A stretch of DNA of 64,000 bases from Bdellovibrionales bacterium. Lineage in GTDB: Bacteria; Bdellovibrionota; Bdellovibrionia; Bdellovibrionales; UBA1609. Positions within the stretch are counted from its first letter, which is position 1. The number at the start of each line of letters is the position of its first letter. Location of the stretch: contig JBFWVI010000009.1 of assembly GCA_050246815.1 (NCBI GenBank), positions 8,976 to 72,975 of the forward strand, read 5' to 3'. Shown piece after piece: positions 60,307 through 64,000 of this stretch. Made by a program: the position numbers and the translations under genes. A model generated the notes under the pieces. The model worked only from the letters and a program-made list of their open reading frames with translations. It made no database searches and was not told where the DNA came from.

Positions 60307-61311
60307 TTAGTGGTTTGCGACGACTTCGGCTTGGGGCAGAGGCCGCCACTCCTCGCCTAAGATCTTGAAACTGTCGCCTTCACGACGCAGGTAAAGAGTC
60401 TTTTCGCCGCTGTCGGCATTTTTATCAGACTTGTAATCTTGTCGAAAGCGGATCAAAAGCTCATTGCCATGCACAATAACAACGGGTTCGATGGTCGCCA
60501 CTTTAATAAATTCATACTTCTCATTTAAGATTTTCTTGTACTCACGCCATTTGGCAACGTTCATTCCCAGTGCCTTAAAGGCACTGCCGTAGTGGCTAAT
60601 GTATTGGTCCAAGTTTTTATTTTGCCAGCTGTCGCGCCAGTTGGCCAACCATGTCTGCCAGGTCCGTCGAAGTTGAGCGGCGACTTCAAGATTGACGTAC
60701 TTGACTGCATTTTGAATTAAAATCGGAGTGCGTTTGACCGTGATGTAGGGGCTGATGGCTTTGATCACATCATTTCTGACCACCACGCAACCACGAGAGC
60801 CGCGCAGCAGGCTTTTGCTGTCTGGAATTGCATGCAACCAAATGCCATTGCCCGATTTTTTATCGCGCTGATCAAAATAATTGGGGTAGTCCATGGTGAA
60901 GGCGCGGACTCCATACTCTTCAAAGTTGAGAGTGGGGCCTTCTTTCATTTCTTGGAAGAAATAAATCCCCTCCGGAGTTTTGTGATCACCTTCGCTGCTT
61001 TTATTGCCGCCGTTGCGGCCGAAGTCCGCGGGGACCGCCGTTACAAAAGTGACTCTGTCGCCATCTTGTTTCCAAACACTTAAGGTGCGATTGGCTTTGT
61101 CCATGACCAGGGCGTGCGAAGAAAGCACCTGGCCTGAACCGAGCTGCACCAGCGCTTCTGGCACATTGTCTTTTTCTGGGATCACGGCTACGGGGTCGGG
61201 GCGATTGGCGTCTGCCAGCTGGCTTGGATTTTGTGGTTCGGCCTGGGCCGAGGTCCAGAGCATCAGTAAAGTCGCAATCTGAGACATAATTACGCGCGTC
61301 GTAAAAGGCAT
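60307..61311 (-). CDS. YkuD-domain LD-carboxypeptidase with C-terminal NTF2-like domain (Csd6/Pgp2/Bd1075-like)
   Basis: K..EGD.KTPEG.Y, DYPN..D, GIWLHA...SRGCVV, W..SW......Y...Y, F.Q.Y.SD...D.G.K.LY. Confidence 0.9.
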   Translation of the reverse strand: MPFTTRVIMSQIATLLMLWTSAQAEPQNPSQLADANRPDPVAVIPEKDNVPEALVQLGSGQVLSSHALVMDKANRTLSVWKQDGDRVTFVTAVPADFGRNGGNKSSEGDHKTPEGIYFFQEMKEGPTLNFEEYGVRAFTMDYPNYFDQRDKKSGNGIWLHAIPDSKSLLRGSRGCVVVRNDVIKAISPYITVKRTPILIQNAVKYVNLEVAAQLRRTWQTWLANWRDSWQNKNLDQYISHYGSAFKALGMNVAKWREYKKILNEKYEFIKVATIEPVVIVHGNELLIRFRQDYKSDKNADSGEKTLYLRREGDSFKILGEEWRPLPQAEVVANH

Positions 61312-61357
61312 AAACCATTTAAAAATCGAGGCGCACCGAATGTCAAGGCGATGGGCT

Positions 61358-61384
61358 TAACTGGCCTGGCCTTTCAGCCGATAA
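61358..61384 (+). promoter_or_regulatory. Sigma-28 (FliA) promoter of fliL
   Basis: TAAC-N15-GCCGATAA, perfect -10 box, in front of a flagellar gene. Confidence 0.8.
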
Positions 61385-61403
61385 TAAGAATGAAAGAGGA
61401 CTT

Positions 61404-61910
61404 ATGGCAGAGGCTGAAGGCACCCAAGGTGGCAAACCGCCAAAGGACATGAAAAAAATTTTTGCGATGGCCTACATGGCGCTGAATTTGGCCGCTATGG
61501 GCGTCGGCAGTTACTTGGTTTATGCATCCACCTTGGGTTACAAGCCGCTTTCAGCAAGCTCGGAAGAGCTTAATCGTGAAATCACCGCTTTTCGCCAGAC
61601 TTTGCTCGAGAAACCAATGACCTACACAATGGAAACTTTCAATACTAACTTAACGGGCTTGCCGCGCCGCTTGATCCGTTTGGAAGTGAATTTGGAAATG
61701 CTCGACGCAGAAGGTTTTGAAGAAATCATTAATCTGGGCGCACGAGGCCGTGATTCTATCGTGCGTATCATCAATAACAAGACCTACGACGACCTCGAAA
61801 GCGTACAAGGTAAATTGCATCTGAAAAACGAGATCATCGCCCAGCTCAATTCACAGTTGGAGCGAGGCGTGGTTAAAAATATTTTCTTTTCGGACTTCGT
61901 CGTTCAGTAA
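61404..61910 (+). CDS. fliL: Flagellar basal body-associated protein FliL
   Basis: N-terminal TM, F.TNL, RD.I..I...K...L....GK..LK.EI...LN, V.NIFF.DFVVQ C-terminus. Confidence 0.9.
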   Translation: MAEAEGTQGGKPPKDMKKIFAMAYMALNLAAMGVGSYLVYASTLGYKPLSASSEELNREITAFRQTLLEKPMTYTMETFNTNLTGLPRRLIRLEVNLEMLDAEGFEEIINLGARGRDSIVRIINNKTYDDLESVQGKLHLKNEIIAQLNSQLERGVVKNIFFSDFVVQ

Positions 61911-61980
61911 TTGCCCTTTTTCATTTCAGAAGTGAAAATAGACCCTTCACGCCACATCACACGGATGAGTTGGGGGTTAA

Positions 61981-63366
61981 ATGAATCGTCTACTTATGGT
62001 CACTGCCGCGTTGTTTTTATCCATGTCGGCACTGGCGGCTTTGCCTGATCAAACTGCGGTTTCGGATGCGATTAAGCTCAAAGTCGAAAAGTTCACGCTG
62101 AAAAACGGCCTGACTGTTTTGTTGCATGAGGACCATTCAGCGCCTTTCTTTTCCTATCAACAGTGGTTTCGGGTGGGTTCTCGCAATGAAAAGCCCGGTT
62201 TGACGGGTTTGGCTCACTTTTTTGAACACTTGATGTTTAAAGGCACACCAAAATTTCCCGGAGATTCTTTTGACCGGCTGATTCGCGCTAACGGTGGGGC
62301 CGCCAATGCCTACACCACCCGTGATTTCACCGCTTACTACATGAATTTACCGACGGATAAGTTAGCTTTGGCGATCGACATCGAATCCGATCGTATGCGC
62401 AATCTGAACTTCAACCAAAAAGAAATCGATTCAGAGCGTGAAGTGGTCAAAGAAGAGCGTCGCTTTCGCGTTGATAATGAGGTGTCTGGTTTGCTGGATG
62501 AAAAAGTTTGGCGCACAGTCTACAAAGTGCACCCGTATCATTGGCCCGTTATAGGTTCGATGGTGGATCTCAATCGCGCCACCATCGAAGACATGAAAGA
62601 GTTTTATCGCGTTCACTACGCGCCCAATAATGCATTGGTCATTTTGGTCGGTGATTTCAATTCGGCTCAGGCCAAAAAAATGATCACTCAAGCTTACGAA
62701 AATATTCCAAGCCAGCAACTGCCTGTCTACAATCCGACCACCGAGCCGGTGCAAATGAGTGAACGTCGGGCGGTGATTAAAAAAGAAGTGCAAAATATCT
62801 CGGCTGCAGTCGCCTTTCGCACGGTGGCAAGTGGTGACAAAGACATGTATGCACTGGATTTAGCGGCCAGTATTTTGGGGGGCGGGAATTCCAGTCGCCT
62901 TTATCGGCGTTTGGTCTACCATCAACAATCAGTCAGTGCGGTGAATGTATCTTCGTACACACCGGGGGACCCAGGGATGTTTCGTGTGGGGTTGTCACTC
63001 AAGCCCGGACAAGATCCCGAGGCCGTGTTCAATACGGTTTCGGCCGAGGTCTATAAACTGCGCAAACAGCCCATCACCGACGCTGAGTTGGAAAAGGCCA
63101 AAAATTGGGTGATGAAAGATTACGTCGAATCTTTAAAGTCTATTTCTGGCAAAGCACGAGCTTTGGCGATCCATGAAATCTATGGCCAAGATTACCAGCT
63201 GATGTTCCGTGATCTTGAAAAGTACATCGCCGTCACCAAAGAACAAATTCAAACGGCAGCCGAAAAGTATTTGAAACCCACGGCCCGCACCATTGTTTGG
63301 GTGCAACCAGGTACAGCTGAGGCCACGCCGGCCCCGGCATCCGAAGCAACCACCGGAGGTCAGTAA
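61981..63366 (+). CDS. M16B zinc peptidase, catalytic subunit
   Basis: Signal peptide, GLAHFFEHLMFKG (HxxEH), ER.VV.EE, HPY..P.IG, SRLY. Confidence 0.94.
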   Translation: MNRLLMVTAALFLSMSALAALPDQTAVSDAIKLKVEKFTLKNGLTVLLHEDHSAPFFSYQQWFRVGSRNEKPGLTGLAHFFEHLMFKGTPKFPGDSFDRLIRANGGAANAYTTRDFTAYYMNLPTDKLALAIDIESDRMRNLNFNQKEIDSEREVVKEERRFRVDNEVSGLLDEKVWRTVYKVHPYHWPVIGSMVDLNRATIEDMKEFYRVHYAPNNALVILVGDFNSAQAKKMITQAYENIPSQQLPVYNPTTEPVQMSERRAVIKKEVQNISAAVAFRTVASGDKDMYALDLAASILGGGNSSRLYRRLVYHQQSVSAVNVSSYTPGDPGMFRVGLSLKPGQDPEAVFNTVSAEVYKLRKQPITDAELEKAKNWVMKDYVESLKSISGKARALAIHEIYGQDYQLMFRDLEKYIAVTKEQIQTAAEKYLKPTARTIVWVQPGTAEATPAPASEATTGGQ

Positions 63367-64000
63367 TGAAAGCTCTTCTGAAAAATTCAATCTTGATGAT
63401 GATACTTATTGCGGTGACGGCGGTCACGGGCTGTGCCGGCAAAAGTGGCGGCGGCAGCGGGTTGTTCTCGAGCAATAAGTTCCAGCTGCGTCCATTTCGG
63501 GAAGTCACTTTAAAGAATGGTTTGAAGGTGATTTTGATCGAAGATCAATCGTTGCCCTATCTGTCGCTGGGGATGCTGGTGCGCGTGGGCAGTCGACAAG
63601 ATCCTGCCGGTGCTTCGGGCTTAACTGACATGGTCGCTGAACTGATGGACAAGGGGACGCGCAAGCACACAGCACTCGAATTGTCCGATCAACTGGCCCA
63701 GTATGGCGGCGAGTTCAACGCCGCAGCCAGCAAAGATGCCACTTACGTGGCGGCCTCATCATTGTCTTTTCATCAAGATCAATTGCTGAAACATTTTGCT
63801 GAAATTCTGACCGAGGCCTCCTTTTCCAATCTTGAAATCGAACGCTTGCGTAAACGAAAGCTGGCGCAGCTCAGGCAGCTGGCCGATGACCCCGAGTCGG
63901 TCACCGAGCTGGCATTGGATACCTATTTGTATCCCAATCACCCGTACTCCAAGCCCGTCAGCGGTATGATTCGAGAAGTGCGCATGCTGAGTAAAAAGCA
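63366..64000 (+). CDS. M16B peptidase partner subunit, lipoprotein (truncated by window end; absent from the ORF track)
   Basis: ATG overlaps the previous TAA; MKALLK...AVTGC, LKNGLKV, GS..DP...GL..M...LMDKGT with HxxEH missing, HPY. Confidence 0.88.
   Translation, partial: MKALLKNSILMMILIAVTAVTGCAGKSGGGSGLFSSNKFQLRPFREVTLKNGLKVILIEDQSLPYLSLGMLVRVGSRQDPAGASGLTDMVAELMDKGTRKHTALELSDQLAQYGGEFNAAASKDATYVAASSLSFHQDQLLKHFAEILTEASFSNLEIERLRKRKLAQLRQLADDPESVTELALDTYLYPNHPYSKPVSGMIREVRMLSKK

Overview
This 64-kb window most likely comes from a predatory Bdellovibrionota bacterium. That is an inference from the QNC-type lipoprotein signals, a Bd1075-like LD-carboxypeptidase beside fliL and an M16 pair, and the rpsA-sppA-HIT-mce-rhomboid block. 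In order it holds: the distal part of an rRNA operon (16S 3' end, tRNA-Ile, 23S, 5S); a TolC-MacA-MacB exporter; an ~11-kb redox island; a PQQ-type sugar dehydrogenase; an OPA-family MFS plus a PhnDCE-like ABC transporter; two tandem prolyl oligopeptidases; a ~7,080-aa modular adhesin-like lipoprotein; housekeeping genes; two polysaccharide-lyase-like lipoproteins; and cell-shape, flagellar and M16 peptidase genes. The best candidate for an undescribed system is the island at 8.4-19.2 kb. It encodes an octaheme lipoprotein, a TlpA-like thioredoxin, a 30-heme cytochrome c built of ten triheme modules, a beta-barrel protein, System II cytochrome c maturation genes, a membrane-anchored ferredoxin fused to a circularly permuted TrxR-fold flavoenzyme, and a His-rich cytochrome-b-like membrane protein. 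Together these are all the parts expected of a cytoplasm-to-surface electron conduit. All functional calls rest on manual motif reading; no database searches were run.
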